Shown one piece after another: positions 28,355 to 39,296 of a DNA stretch of 64,000 bases. Both the position numbers and the translations under genes were made by a program. The DNA comes from Leptospira sp. (lineage in GTDB: Bacteria > Spirochaetota > Leptospiria > Leptospirales > Leptospiraceae), in assembly GCA_034439575.1 (NCBI GenBank), contig JAWXAQ010000030.1:192001-256000 (forward strand), given 5' to 3'. Each line of letters opens with the position of its first letter. Positions within the stretch are counted from its first letter, which is position 1. The notes below the pieces were generated by a model. That model was not told where the DNA came from, did not search any database, and saw only the letters and a list, made by a program, of their open reading frames with translations.

Positions 28355-30349
28355 CTACTCTTTCTTAGGTCTACCACGACCTCGTTTTTTTCTCCAGTCA
28401 TTTTTATCTTCGTCCGGATCTTCGTAATTTGTACTGCGGACCTGGTTGTCTTCTTCGAAAAAAGTTTTTGCCTTAGTTTCGTGTCTAAGTTTAAAATCAG
28501 CATTGCGGATGCGGATGGAAACGCCCGGAAAGATGGTTTTTTCGACAGAAACGCGCCCACTAGCCGCTTGTTCGTCCATATAGGCAGTGAGTGTCTGAAT
28601 TTCCTTTTCATACTCAGCGATTCGTTTTTCCAATTTTTTTGTCGCCGCTTCATATTTGAGGAGAGAGTCATTATTTTCGGAAGAGAAAGTGGCAGGATCT
28701 GAATCTTTTCTAGCTTTCAGAGTCCTCATGGTTTTTGTCAGAGTTTCCAATTTGCCTTGGTTCTCACCCTTCTTCGCTTCATACTCGCCAATTTGTTTTA
28801 GAATCTTGGGATTTACACCCACGATCAGATCTGTTTGTGGATTTGCCTGAGAGCCAATGATCTTTGCGGATATCAATTGAGCTGCTTGGATGGTTCCACC
28901 TACGATTTGTCCGCGTTTGCCCTTGCAACTGATCTTGCCACCTGCCATGAGATGGGAATGTAGAATTCCTTCTTGGACTACGATATCCTTCTCGGTAATC
29001 ACTGTGGCATTCTGGATGAACTTGGCAATGATATTGCCCCCAGTGGACTCAACGCGCGCTTCCTCACGTCCAGTGATCCCTTGGCGGACGATGATGTCCC
29101 CATCTGCTTCGACGATGGCTTTTTGGACCGTTCCATATATTTCAATGTTACCTGCGGCTTTCACCGAATAATTATCTTCTACGTTTCCTGTAATGACAAT
29201 GGACCCAAGGAAAGTTACATTTCCAGTGCGTACACCTACATCTCCATTGATACGGTAAACGGTCTCGACCGAGAGTCGTCCCGCGACATACAATACTTGT
29301 CCATTTACTTCTGCCGTGAGACGTGATTTGTCTTCTGAAAGGATAGTACCTTTTCCTTGTTTCAGTTCAATGTCATTGCCATCTTTGGCAGGCAAAACCA
29401 TTCCAAATAAGTTGCGACCTAACTTGGCTTTTTCGGCAGGAATTTTTTCTGCTAATGTTTGACCGACAACAACGTTTTCAATCATATCCAAATCTTTGTA
29501 ATCGACGCGACCTGATTGGTCTTCTTTGAAATTTATTTTCTTTTCCGTTCGAACAAAGTATTTGATTTCCGCATTCTTTCCGTTAACTGGATAATCACCT
29601 TCGGCGGCAACAAATGGAGAATTTGTTTTGTCTTCATCTAAAGCTTTTTTGATATCATCTTCTTTTAAACCGTAAGAAATACCCATATTTTTTAATGCGA
29701 CGGTGATATCGTTTACTTCTAAATCACGTCCGCCTGGTCTCGCTGGAAATACTGTGACCATGGCTTGCATTTTATCAGAATCAATTTCGACATGGCAACT
29801 TGAGTCATTGCCTTGTTTTGGTTTTTGATTTGAAATGAGAACTGGTTCGCCTTTTTGTTCTTTGACGATCTTATTTATAAGGGCCGGATCAGCTCCAGCC
29901 ACTCCTCTAAAGGCAAGGCGTTTTGAAACATCTGGTAATGTGATGGCCAATCCTTCGCCTTGCGGAGGATAAACAGTAACAAATACTCCGCTTCTATAAA
30001 TTTTTACAGATACCCTTCCGTCTTTGTTTTTCGGAGTGACTAAATCTTTTAAATCTTTGGATACTAATTTCCCACTACCGCCCGTTAGTTTTTCATCTAG
30101 GGCAGACAACTCTTCTAAGATTAAGTCTTCAGGGATTAGTGAAACGCGAATGTGGTAAGGTTCTGAGAAAAAAAGTCTCTTTTTCCCGCGCTTTAAAACA
30201 ACGTAATCTAATTCGTGAATTTTTTTTCCAAAGTGGTTTGCCGCAAGGGACAAACACTCTTCGATCGAATCAGCTATTACTTCTACTTCTTCGTTTTCTT
30301 TTTTTTCGAACTCACTGAGTTCTTCTTTGAGATATCCCGTTAAGGACAC
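28355..30349 (-). CDS. fapA: FapA (DUF342) family flagellar assembly protein with N-terminal Jag_N-like domain
   Basis: [35 protein letters not shown] and IFPGV; follows fliA. Confidence 0.85.
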   Translation of the reverse strand: MSLTGYLKEELSEFEKKENEEVEVIADSIEECLSLAANHFGKKIHELDYVVLKRGKKRLFFSEPYHIRVSLIPEDLILEELSALDEKLTGGSGKLVSKDLKDLVTPKNKDGRVSVKIYRSGVFVTVYPPQGEGLAITLPDVSKRLAFRGVAGADPALINKIVKEQKGEPVLISNQKPKQGNDSSCHVEIDSDKMQAMVTVFPARPGGRDLEVNDITVALKNMGISYGLKEDDIKKALDEDKTNSPFVAAEGDYPVNGKNAEIKYFVRTEKKINFKEDQSGRVDYKDLDMIENVVVGQTLAEKIPAEKAKLGRNLFGMVLPAKDGNDIELKQGKGTILSEDKSRLTAEVNGQVLYVAGRLSVETVYRINGDVGVRTGNVTFLGSIVITGNVEDNYSVKAAGNIEIYGTVQKAIVEADGDIIVRQGITGREEARVESTGGNIIAKFIQNATVITEKDIVVQEGILHSHLMAGGKISCKGKRGQIVGGTIQAAQLISAKIIGSQANPQTDLIVGVNPKILKQIGEYEAKKGENQGKLETLTKTMRTLKARKDSDPATFSSENNDSLLKYEAATKKLEKRIAEYEKEIQTLTAYMDEQAASGRVSVEKTIFPGVSIRIRNADFKLRHETKAKTFFEEDNQVRSTNYEDPDEDKNDWRKKRGRGRPKKE

Positions 30350-30355
30350 GGTAAA

Positions 30356-31156
30356 TTACCTTTTTTGAATGGCGGATTTAACTTTTGATAGTTTGCTTCG
30401 CAAACGAGCTACCGCTTTAGTATGGAGTTGTGAAATGCGGGACTCAGTTACTTCCAACACTTCGCCTATCTCTTTTAAGGTGAGATCCTCGTAATAATAA
30501 AGAACAATAACTTTTTTTTCTTTTTCGGGAAGCCCTTTGATCGCGTCAACAATCACGTTTTTGATTTCTTCTTTTTCTATGATGTTGTCAGGGTTCATAT
30601 TCATCGGAGATTCTAAAGTTTCCATAAAAGAAACTTCATCGTTTTCATCCCCGAGAAACCAAATGTCATTTAAAGAAACAAGTGATGTGCCAGATAACTT
30701 CGCAAGAAGGGAATTGTATTCTTCCATGGAAACGCCGAGTTCTTTGGCGATCTCTTCGTCTTCGACTTTTTTGCCTTCTTTATTTTCCAACATCGCAATG
30801 ATGCCTTCCAACTGTTTTGCTTTTTGACGAATGGATCTCGGAATCCAGTCGACTGATCTAAGTTCGTCGAACACTGATCCTCGGATCCGAGTCATGGCAT
30901 ATGTTTTAAATTTTATTTCGCGAGAAGGGTCAAATTTTTCGATAGCGTCTAACAATCCAAAGACACCATAACTGACCAAATCCTCAAACTCTACGTTTTG
31001 GGGCATACCGATGGCAATTCTTCCAGCAACGTGTTTTACAAGCGGAGAATACTTCTCCACGAGGTAACTACGTATTTCGGGGTTCTTGTTGACTCGATAC
31101 TGTTTCCAGAGATCGGTCTCATCGAATTGATTGTATTTGTCTAGCAATCTTGACAT
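30356..31156 (-). CDS. fliA: FliA/WhiG family sigma-28 factor
   Basis: [30 protein letters not shown] and [21 protein letters not shown]. Confidence 0.97.
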   Translation of the reverse strand: MSRLLDKYNQFDETDLWKQYRVNKNPEIRSYLVEKYSPLVKHVAGRIAIGMPQNVEFEDLVSYGVFGLLDAIEKFDPSREIKFKTYAMTRIRGSVFDELRSVDWIPRSIRQKAKQLEGIIAMLENKEGKKVEDEEIAKELGVSMEEYNSLLAKLSGTSLVSLNDIWFLGDENDEVSFMETLESPMNMNPDNIIEKEEIKNVIVDAIKGLPEKEKKVIVLYYYEDLTLKEIGEVLEVTESRISQLHTKAVARLRSKLSKVKSAIQKR

Positions 31157-31264
31157 AATTGACCGGTTGCCCGGAAACTCTTCACTTTATAGTAGAAATC
31201 GTATGAAAAGCAAAATTACAAGAGGATTTTTTTTCTTATGTCATGTAAATGCGATAAAAATTAA

Positions 31265-31741
31265 TTACTCTTGGGGATCGTCCTTAGCAAGCATGGTTCT
31301 GATCGCTTCCGCCATCAATTTTGGCTCATTTTTGATGGCAATTTTGTCCACAATGATATGATCTCCAAATTTCCCAGACCTTGCCCGGGCCATACTGGCT
31401 TCCATGGCTTGCTCGTGAGGAGAAAGACTGGAGGCCATTTCTTCTTGACTGGCCATTCCGACATCGCCCGCAGCACCTGAATCCATAGATGTGTCATCAA
31501 AGTCGCCTTCTCTATCTCGAGTTCCAAATCCACCGAGGGAAAAACCAGTGATGAATTCTAGAAATTCAGGAACCTTGGTTTCAAGGACAGTGTAGATTCC
31601 AAATCCCAATCCACCAAAAGCAATCGTAGAAATTCCAGAAACAAACAATATATAGGTAAAACGATTTCCTACAAGAAAACCACTTAAGGTGCTAACAAGG
31701 GCACCAATCACTGCAAAGGCGAGTACGAATCCGATTTGCAA
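31265..31741 (-). CDS. Two-TM hypothetical protein between flhG and fliA
   Basis: Two hydrophobic segments, acidic linker, and C-terminal EPKLMAEAIRTMLAKD. Confidence 0.75.
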   Translation of the reverse strand: MQIGFVLAFAVIGALVSTLSGFLVGNRFTYILFVSGISTIAFGGLGFGIYTVLETKVPEFLEFITGFSLGGFGTRDREGDFDDTSMDSGAAGDVGMASQEEMASSLSPHEQAMEASMARARSGKFGDHIIVDKIAIKNEPKLMAEAIRTMLAKDDPQE

Positions 31742-31746
31742 GGGTT

Positions 31747-32670
31747 TTAAACCTCATCGTCCATTTCTTTTTCCATTTCCTTTTCTTTGAAATCTACAAA
31801 GCTAAAGAATTTTTTGAAAAAACCAGTGAGACCTTCTTCATCATCAAAACTTCCTTCCGTCTGCAATAGATTATGAGTAACGCGCGTTAAGCAAGCGGCA
31901 GCTTTTGATCTTGGTGAATTTAAAAAGAAAGGTTTTTGTTCGCGGATGGACTTTTCTACTTCCTCATCCTGAAAGATAAATCCCAAGTTTTCCACTTGGA
32001 CTTCTAAAAATTGACCAGATATATCAATCACTCGGTCTGCCACTTTTTTTCCTTCAATGGCACTTCTTACGCGATTCACGATGATCTTGAGATTTTTATC
32101 TTTCGATTGAGAAACGATAGATTTGATCAGTCCGTAAGAATCTGTAATCGAAGTGGGCTCAGGCGTTGTCACCACGATGACTTCATCCGCTGGCATCACA
32201 AGCCCAATCACATTGGCAGAAATCCCAGCACCAGTATCTATGATCATTACATCATAACGATCCAAGTCCGTGAATCCTTTGATTAAATTATTTCTCTGAG
32301 TTTCATTCAAATTTGCAAGTTGGGAATATCCAGATGCACCTGCGATGATGTCCACTCCTTCGGGAGTTGATATCACGATATCTTTGAGTGATTTATGGCC
32401 TTTGACTACATGGTATAAATTGTACTTGGGGATGATTCCTAGTAGAACGTTAACATTTGCTAGCCCCAAGTCTCCATCAAAGATCAGAACCTTGAGTCCA
32501 GTCCTTGCAATGGCTATGGCTAAGTTGACAGAGACCGTACTTTTTCCGACCCCACCCTTACCTGAAGCTATGGCGATGATTTTAGTTTTTTTCACTGTCC
32601 CAGGAGCTTGAACTAATTTCAAGCCTGGGTTTGGGTCTGTAAGTTTTCTTAAATTTGCCGCTTGGTCCAT
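31747..32670 (-). CDS. flhG: FlhG/FleN MinD-like ATPase
   Basis: [25 protein letters not shown] and [10 protein letters not shown]; follows flhF. Confidence 0.94.
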   Translation of the reverse strand: MDQAANLRKLTDPNPGLKLVQAPGTVKKTKIIAIASGKGGVGKSTVSVNLAIAIARTGLKVLIFDGDLGLANVNVLLGIIPKYNLYHVVKGHKSLKDIVISTPEGVDIIAGASGYSQLANLNETQRNNLIKGFTDLDRYDVMIIDTGAGISANVIGLVMPADEVIVVTTPEPTSITDSYGLIKSIVSQSKDKNLKIIVNRVRSAIEGKKVADRVIDISGQFLEVQVENLGFIFQDEEVEKSIREQKPFFLNSPRSKAAACLTRVTHNLLQTEGSFDDEEGLTGFFKKFFSFVDFKEKEMEKEMDDEV

Positions 32671-32717
32671 CGCTTTGCACTTCCCCTACTTTCCGCAAGG
32701 GATAAACAAAGCGACCT

Positions 32718-34037
32718 TTAAGTCTTTTCGAAGACTTCGCCTGCTATCCCTTTTAATTTCTCAGGGTAAATTACACACTCTGCAAGAAGTTTTTTCGAAG
32801 CATTAAGAATGTCGAAAGGAACATCTTGGCCTACACTAAAGAATGCGTATTCCCTGTGAATAGTATCGGCTAATTCAACCATGGAACCTAAAAAATCTGC
32901 TTCATCAAGCTTAGTTAATAAAATTCTTTTATATCCGAGTACTTCGTAGGCCTCTGCAACTGACCTTGCATTCGATGGAGAGACAGTGGAAGAAAGTACT
33001 AGAATGTTTTCAATATAGTCTTTTTCCCCAAAAGCTTGGTAGAAATCCTTAAGTTTCAAAATATTTTCGGGATTTTTGTGAGAATACCCTGCTGTATCCA
33101 CAAGTATCAACTCAGAACCATCACGGTGTAATGCCTCTTTCAATTTCCGAACATCTTTTACTGGATAAAAGGGAAGTCCCATAGCATCAGCATAAAACTT
33201 TAATTGGTCAATCGCCGCAATACGGTAGTTATCCGTCGTATAAAGGGAAACTTTTTTACCCATATGCAATGAGTATTTAGCTGCCAATTTAGCAATCGTT
33301 GTGGTTTTACCAGCACCCGTTGGCCCAATAAAGAAAATAACTTTTCTTTTGCCTCTAGGTGTTCCGCTAAAAAGATCAAAATCAACTTGGATACGATCTT
33401 CAAGTAGAGCCACAGCCTTATCACAGACAGTTGAATACTTTGAAAGATCAACCGAAGAAAGATGACCTTCTAAATTAACGATAAATTCTTCTATATAAGA
33501 ATCACTCATCCCTTCTTTTTTAAACTTGTCTGCCAACTTATCTAAATTTGGTGATCGTTTGGGAATTTGCGGAATTTCCTTATAAACAGTAGGTTTTTCA
33601 TAAATTTCAGTAGAGTTCGCCAAGGACAATCCAAGGTTAGAATTTCTACCGACATATTCTTCTTCGTCTATGGCGATTGGTTCGTAACTTTCTACAAGGG
33701 TATTGGTTCTTTTTCGTCTTTCAGAATAAGGCCGAACTGCTTCTATGGAACGTGCATATTTTTTTTCAACAAACGCAGATGATTCTTCTGGTTTTTGTTT
33801 TTGTTTAATTAGTTCTTTGAGGTCTTTTAATTTCTTCTCGATTCGTTCTTTCGAGTTTTGTGTTTCAGGGACACCTACATCAATTTCGTACATCTTGGAG
33901 GCCATAAGTCCAGTGCCGAATAACCCACCTTCGGTGATAACTCGGTGATCATAAATATGAGCCTCTGGCCCATGTTTCATTTTCATCTGCATAATGCAGT
34001 CTTGTAAGTCTTTGCCTCGGATTTTCACAAAATCCAT
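32718..34037 (-). CDS. flhF: Flagellar biosynthesis GTPase FlhF
   Basis: GPTGAGKTTTIAKLAA, DNYRIAA, DTAG, TKLDE and GQDVP. The ATG at 34037 (MDFVKIRG) is preceded by GAGGGAA. Confidence 0.94.
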   Translation of the reverse strand: MDFVKIRGKDLQDCIMQMKMKHGPEAHIYDHRVITEGGLFGTGLMASKMYEIDVGVPETQNSKERIEKKLKDLKELIKQKQKPEESSAFVEKKYARSIEAVRPYSERRKRTNTLVESYEPIAIDEEEYVGRNSNLGLSLANSTEIYEKPTVYKEIPQIPKRSPNLDKLADKFKKEGMSDSYIEEFIVNLEGHLSSVDLSKYSTVCDKAVALLEDRIQVDFDLFSGTPRGKRKVIFFIGPTGAGKTTTIAKLAAKYSLHMGKKVSLYTTDNYRIAAIDQLKFYADAMGLPFYPVKDVRKLKEALHRDGSELILVDTAGYSHKNPENILKLKDFYQAFGEKDYIENILVLSSTVSPSNARSVAEAYEVLGYKRILLTKLDEADFLGSMVELADTIHREYAFFSVGQDVPFDILNASKKLLAECVIYPEKLKGIAGEVFEKT

Positions 34038-34252
34038 GTATTCATTCCCTCTTGTGGGGAAAATTTGCTTCCTAGGCCAAATTTGGAAAGCATTTTTTAT
34101 GTGACATAATACTGTTATGTTGGCAGGATTGGTGAATCGTAAAAGGGTTAATTTTATGCCACGCAATAATTTAAATCTGAAAACGAATCCCTTTATTTAG
34201 GTTTATAATTTATTAAATAGATACGTTAGATGATAAATAAAAGCAAACCAGC

Positions 34253-35137
34253 ATGAATAGGAGAACCATTTTAATCACTGGGGGAAATTCGGGTATTGGA
34301 TTACAATGTGCATTGCAATTGGTAGAGCAAGGTCATAAAGTGATCATCGCCTGCCGCAATACAGATCGCGCCCAAACAGCAGTTAAAGTCATTCAAGAAA
34401 TTTCTAAGTCGGAACATATTCACTTTTTAAAAATGGATATGTCTCTCCAATCATCCATTCATACTGCCTGGTCAGAATACCAAAAAGAATATGGAACCTT
34501 GGACGTATTAATTCACAATGCAGCAGATTTTGATATCAGTAGGACAAAGGCAGAGTATACGGAAGAAGGAATCGAACGCCTATGGGCGACAAATCACATA
34601 GGTCCCATTCTTTTAACCAAACTGGCTCTCCCCTTACTAAAACAAAGTCCAGATGCCAGAATCATTACTATAGCTTCCAAAGGTCTAATGATTCACCCTT
34701 TTTTAAAAATTAATTATGAAGATATAAATTTTTTAAGAAAAAAATACAGAGTCGATATAGCTTATTATCAATCCAAATTAGCGCAAATGATGTTTAGTTA
34801 CTGGCTCGCCAGACAACTAACAAAAGATAATATTTTAGTCAATTGCATCCGCGTGACAAACGTTAAAATAGATTTAAATAGATATCCGAAGTTAAGTAAA
34901 CTACACAAGTTTTTATATTCCATTAAAAAGATTTTTTCCATTCCACCATCCAAGATGGCAATTATATATACTTATTTAGCCACATCTAACCATGCCTTGG
35001 CGACAACTGGAAAATACTTTGATGAGAATGGAAAAATGGTAAGGTCCTCATCCTATTCCTTAGATGAAAACGAACAAAATACATTGGTAAAATTTTCATT
35101 CCAATTTTTAATTAACCATACAGAACCATATATTTAA
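34253..35137 (+). CDS. Short-chain dehydrogenase/reductase
   Basis: TGGNSGIG, HNAA and YYQSK (YxxxK). Confidence 0.9.
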   Translation: MNRRTILITGGNSGIGLQCALQLVEQGHKVIIACRNTDRAQTAVKVIQEISKSEHIHFLKMDMSLQSSIHTAWSEYQKEYGTLDVLIHNAADFDISRTKAEYTEEGIERLWATNHIGPILLTKLALPLLKQSPDARIITIASKGLMIHPFLKINYEDINFLRKKYRVDIAYYQSKLAQMMFSYWLARQLTKDNILVNCIRVTNVKIDLNRYPKLSKLHKFLYSIKKIFSIPPSKMAIIYTYLATSNHALATTGKYFDENGKMVRSSSYSLDENEQNTLVKFSFQFLINHTEPYI

Positions 35138-35141
35138 TAGT

Positions 35142-35846
35142 ATGACGCATGATTTTAAATCAAAGGAATTTGATGATATATATTTTTCAATCGATGATGG
35201 GCTTGCAGAAACAAAATATATATTTATTGATAGCAATCATTTAACAACAAGATGGGATACATTCGCAGAAGAAATTTTTCGTATAGGTGAGCTCGGATTT
35301 GGAACGGGGCTAAATTATTTTATCACTCTTGATGAATGGTCTAAACAAAAAAATGTTCCGAACCTAACATTTTATTCATTAGAAAGATATCCACTTATTG
35401 TATCAGAATTAATTGCATTGCCGAAACTCTTTCCTTCCCTCAAAGTTTGGGGAAGTGAATTATTACTTAGTTATCAAAATTTTTTAAATCAATATTCAAA
35501 CCATAAAGATAGTCAAAACCACTTCACATGGGAAACAGCTCATCCCACTCAAAATAAAAAATTCATATTAAATTTATATATTGGAGATATTTTATCAACG
35601 CTCCCTCTTTTTGAAACACCGATACACGCATTTTATTTAGATGGATTTGCACCTAAAAAAAATCCAGATATGTGGTCAGAAGAAGTATTTAACTGTATAG
35701 ATAAACTCTCGTTACCTGGCACGACAGTTGCTACTTTCACTGCGGCTGGATTTGTCAAAAGAAATTTAGAAAAGATTGGTTTTACTGTAAGTAAACAAAA
35801 AGGCTATGGCAGAAAACGAGAGATGTTAGTTGGTTTTCATGCATAA
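35142..35846 (+). CDS. mnmD: tRNA mnm5s2U34 methyltransferase (MnmC N-terminal domain)
   Basis: FDDIYFS, ELGFGTGLN, LDGFAPKKNPDMW, TFTAAG and GYGRKREM. Confidence 0.92.
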   Translation: MTHDFKSKEFDDIYFSIDDGLAETKYIFIDSNHLTTRWDTFAEEIFRIGELGFGTGLNYFITLDEWSKQKNVPNLTFYSLERYPLIVSELIALPKLFPSLKVWGSELLLSYQNFLNQYSNHKDSQNHFTWETAHPTQNKKFILNLYIGDILSTLPLFETPIHAFYLDGFAPKKNPDMWSEEVFNCIDKLSLPGTTVATFTAAGFVKRNLEKIGFTVSKQKGYGRKREMLVGFHA

Positions 35847-37059
35847 TAAAAAAAACTATGATGCGATAGTCATAGGTGGTGGTATCGCTGGTCTGTCCAT
35901 TGCCTATGCTCTATCAAAAAGAAAATTAAAGACTGTCCTACTCGAACGAAGAGAAGATACCGCTCTAGAAGCAAGTGGCAATCCCTCGGGAATGATCTAT
36001 CCGCTCCTTACAAAAAATAAAACTCCTGAATCCGAATTCTCCATTGCTAGTTTTGATTTTACTTTAAATACAATTTCTGATCTATATGACAGTCAGCATC
36101 CAAATTTTACTATTCCCAACCTGAACGGAGCCTTTCTCATCCCTCAAAATGAAACAGAAATCATAAGATACAAATCTGCGATTACTGCGAATCACTTTGG
36201 TGATTCAGACTTAACTTTTACAAACGACCCATTTTCCCTTCAAAATGGATTTTATTTTCCCAAAGCAAAAGTGATTTCTCCGCGTCACCTCATTCAATCT
36301 TTGTATGAAGCATCTAAAAAATTTACCACCTTACATAAATTTTCAAATATTAGAAGTTTTTCATATAATTCTGAATCCAATATTGAAGTGGATTTAAATC
36401 AATTAAATGCCCCATTGTTATTTTTCTGCCATTCAAATTCTATGTCAGAATTTAAGGAAACAAAATGGCTTCCGATTCGCAAAGTCAGGGGTCAATTAGT
36501 TATCTTACCTAGTTCTAAAGAATTATCTGAACTACCGTATTCGTATTTGTTTGGCGATTATATAACAAAAGATTTAGGACAGGGTTCGGTACTTGGAGCA
36601 AGTTTTGACGAATACAATTGGGAAGAAGAAAAAAGAGATGCAGAGACAATTTCTTTCTTAGAAAAAGCCGAAAAGAATCTCCCGGTTTTATCATCACATT
36701 TTAAGTCTTTTTCAAATTCTATTTCGAATCTACAAACAAGAGTTAGTTTTCGTTCTCAATCTCAAGATCGACGTCCCATATTTGGTTCCTTGCCAAATTA
36801 TGAAGTATTTAAAAATTCGTTTGCAAAATTGCCAAATCCATCTAACAAACAATTACCAAACATTCCTTTTTATAAAGGAATTTATTTACTAGGTGCCCTT
36901 GGGTCGAGAGGACTCACCCACTCACTCTTCTGCGCAGAAATTCTAGTACGCGAAGCATTAAAGGAAGATAATATTATATCTTCTGAATTGTTTTCTAATT
37001 TTAAACCTGAGAGATTTCTTTTTCGTAATTGGAAACGAGGGAATCTAATAGACGTTTAA
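35839..37059 (+). CDS. mnmC: FAD-dependent cmnm5s2U34 oxidoreductase (MnmC C-terminal domain)
   Basis: IGGGIAG, ASGNPSG, VRGQ, DRRPIFG and GALGSRGL; overlaps the mnmD stop (ATGCATAA). Confidence 0.88.
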   Translation: MHNKKNYDAIVIGGGIAGLSIAYALSKRKLKTVLLERREDTALEASGNPSGMIYPLLTKNKTPESEFSIASFDFTLNTISDLYDSQHPNFTIPNLNGAFLIPQNETEIIRYKSAITANHFGDSDLTFTNDPFSLQNGFYFPKAKVISPRHLIQSLYEASKKFTTLHKFSNIRSFSYNSESNIEVDLNQLNAPLLFFCHSNSMSEFKETKWLPIRKVRGQLVILPSSKELSELPYSYLFGDYITKDLGQGSVLGASFDEYNWEEEKRDAETISFLEKAEKNLPVLSSHFKSFSNSISNLQTRVSFRSQSQDRRPIFGSLPNYEVFKNSFAKLPNPSNKQLPNIPFYKGIYLLGALGSRGLTHSLFCAEILVREALKEDNIISSELFSNFKPERFLFRNWKRGNLIDV

Positions 37060-38077
37060 GTTTTTCTTCTTCATTTAATTCCATATTGATTTTCAAAACA
37101 AATAATGTGTATTTTAAATTTTTAAAAATTTCTATAAATTTATGTAAGGACTTCCATTTAACCCAGTCTTTTTCTGTAGTGACGATCACTTCGCCATCCT
37201 TTAAGTTTGAAGTAAGACTAATTAATTCATCATCTGTATACGCATAATGATCGGGGAATGTAATTAGATTCATTTCCATATCGCCAAATGTTTCCAATGC
37301 AGATGCGAGAACTGAATTTGGATTTCCAACACCAGTAATAATATTAAGTTTATTTAATTTTTGAACTTCGCCAAAAATTAATTTTTTCGATGCATTGAAT
37401 GTAGAATAAAAACAAAGTAATTTTGGATTTATCTTTTTCACACTTGATTCAAATGTTTTGGCATTTGAAATATTTGCATCGTTAACCTTTGTAAATACGA
37501 CAAGATCCGCTCTGAGAAGAGATGTTTTTTTTTCACGCAATGTCCCAAGTGGAATGGTAAATCCATTTCCTTCCGGATCACTGGTATCAATCAAAACAAT
37601 ATCAAAATCTCTCTTTAGTTTGTGATGTTGAAAACCATCATCCAAAATAACTATATGTTTTTTATCATCAATCTGATTGAATTTTTTGAAACTTTCGATT
37701 CTATTTTTTCCGATGATGACTTTTACATTTGGATGCGTAATCTTATGTAACAAAGGTTCATCGCCCACTTCATTCGGAAGAGAATCTACTTTTACAATTG
37801 CCCCATCTTTTGAATGTAAGGCTTTGTAACCTCGGCTTAGAACGGTTATTTGGTAATTTGGAAATTTTTCATTTATGATTTTGATCAAATATTGAACAAA
37901 AGGTGTTTTCCCTGTCCCACCCATAGTTAAATTTCCAACACTGATCACCAAACAAGAGCCTAGCTTTTGCGCATTGGCTCTTTTGCGATCTACAAAAAAT
38001 AACAGCTGATAAATATAAGATAGGGGGGAAAGTGTCCATAATAAAACTCTAAGAAAGAATGAAATTATGGACTTCAT
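37001..38077 (-). CDS. lpxK: Tetraacyldisaccharide 4'-kinase
   Basis: VGNLTMGGTGKTP, SRGY, GDEP, DDGFQH, FPDH and TTEKD. Confidence 0.96.
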   Translation of the reverse strand: MKSIISFFLRVLLWTLSPLSYIYQLLFFVDRKRANAQKLGSCLVISVGNLTMGGTGKTPFVQYLIKIINEKFPNYQITVLSRGYKALHSKDGAIVKVDSLPNEVGDEPLLHKITHPNVKVIIGKNRIESFKKFNQIDDKKHIVILDDGFQHHKLKRDFDIVLIDTSDPEGNGFTIPLGTLREKKTSLLRADLVVFTKVNDANISNAKTFESSVKKINPKLLCFYSTFNASKKLIFGEVQKLNKLNIITGVGNPNSVLASALETFGDMEMNLITFPDHYAYTDDELISLTSNLKDGEVIVTTEKDWVKWKSLHKFIEIFKNLKYTLFVLKINMELNEEEKLKRLLDSLVSNYEKEISQV

Positions 38078-38090
38078 GAAAATTAGAAAT

Positions 38091-38369
38091 TTAGCTATGT
38101 CGTTTTTCTAATTCTTTGGATATGATATCTAAGTTAAGACCTTTTTCGACGAGTAAGACTTCGATATGAAAAATAAGGTCTGCGATCTCATGAATTAACT
38201 CTTTTTCATTTGTATTTTTGGCGGCAATGATGACTTCACTTGCCTCTTCGCCGATCTTTTTTAAAATTCTATCGACTCCATCGCGAAATAACTCTGCTGT
38301 ATAAGATTTATCCGGTAACTCGGCTTTACGTTTGCGAAGAACTTCTTCTAATTTGATTAAAAATTCCAT
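38091..38369 (-). CDS. hisE: Phosphoribosyl-ATP diphosphatase
   Basis: [21 protein letters not shown] and EIADLIFH. Confidence 0.95.
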   Translation of the reverse strand: MEFLIKLEEVLRKRKAELPDKSYTAELFRDGVDRILKKIGEEASEVIIAAKNTNEKELIHEIADLIFHIEVLLVEKGLNLDIISKELEKRHS

Positions 38370-38459
38370 AATTTGATTTCTCTCTACCAGTGAAATTCCA
38401 GACTAAAAATCCAAAAAGCGAAAATTACCTATTGAGTAGATTTCAAATGGGTCGAGAGT

Positions 38460-39296
38460 ATGCTTATGAGACAATTTTTTAGATTTTTATTGATCTCATT
38501 CCTATCCTTCACCCTTCCCATTTTTTCGGATACGAATTGGGAGTCCTCAATCCAATCAGCTATGACTCGGTCAAAGTTGGAAAAAAAACCGATATTGATA
38601 GATTTGTATGCAGATTGGTGTACTTATTGCAAAATTCTAGAAAAGGAAATTTTTCCAGATCCAGAAGTCGCCAAAATATTAGAATCTTTTGTGACGGTGC
38701 GTTTGGATGGAGAAGAATATCCAAATCTTCGAAAAAAATATGGTGTCGAAGGTTACCCAACGATCTTATTTATAGATAGCGAGACAAATTATCTAAATAA
38801 AATCTCGGGGCTCGCCACAAAACCAATGGTAATGAGAGTAGCAAAACTTGTGCTAGCCGAACCAGATATCGAAGTATCCCTCAAAAAAACATTAGAAAAG
38901 AATCCCGAGTCAGCCCTAACTTATTTTCGTTTAGGGACACTTTACTACCAAAGAAAGGATTTCCCTTCTGCTAAAAATCAATTTTTAGCAGCTATTCGAT
39001 TTGCAAAAAATAATGAGCAAAAAATTAAAGAAGACTCGTCATTTAATTTAGGAATTATCTATATTCAAGAAACTGCATGGTCACAGGCCATTGAAATTTG
39101 GAAGTCATTTATAGCTAGTTATCCAAAATCAAATAACTTCAATTCTGCGAACATCTATTATGGAATTTCTCTCAAAGAAGCTGGAGAGCGAAAATTAGCA
39201 TCTCATATCTTACAATCTGTGAGACCCAAACTCACAGATGTGGATGATATCGAAACTGTAGATCAAACTTTGGAAGAAATAAGAAAAGGTTTCTAA
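38460..39296 (+). CDS. Exported thioredoxin-fold protein with TPR repeats
   Basis: Signal peptide, ADWCTYCK, GYPT and TPR-like helices. Confidence 0.85.
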   Translation: MLMRQFFRFLLISFLSFTLPIFSDTNWESSIQSAMTRSKLEKKPILIDLYADWCTYCKILEKEIFPDPEVAKILESFVTVRLDGEEYPNLRKKYGVEGYPTILFIDSETNYLNKISGLATKPMVMRVAKLVLAEPDIEVSLKKTLEKNPESALTYFRLGTLYYQRKDFPSAKNQFLAAIRFAKNNEQKIKEDSSFNLGIIYIQETAWSQAIEIWKSFIASYPKSNNFNSANIYYGISLKEAGERKLASHILQSVRPKLTDVDDIETVDQTLEEIRKGF

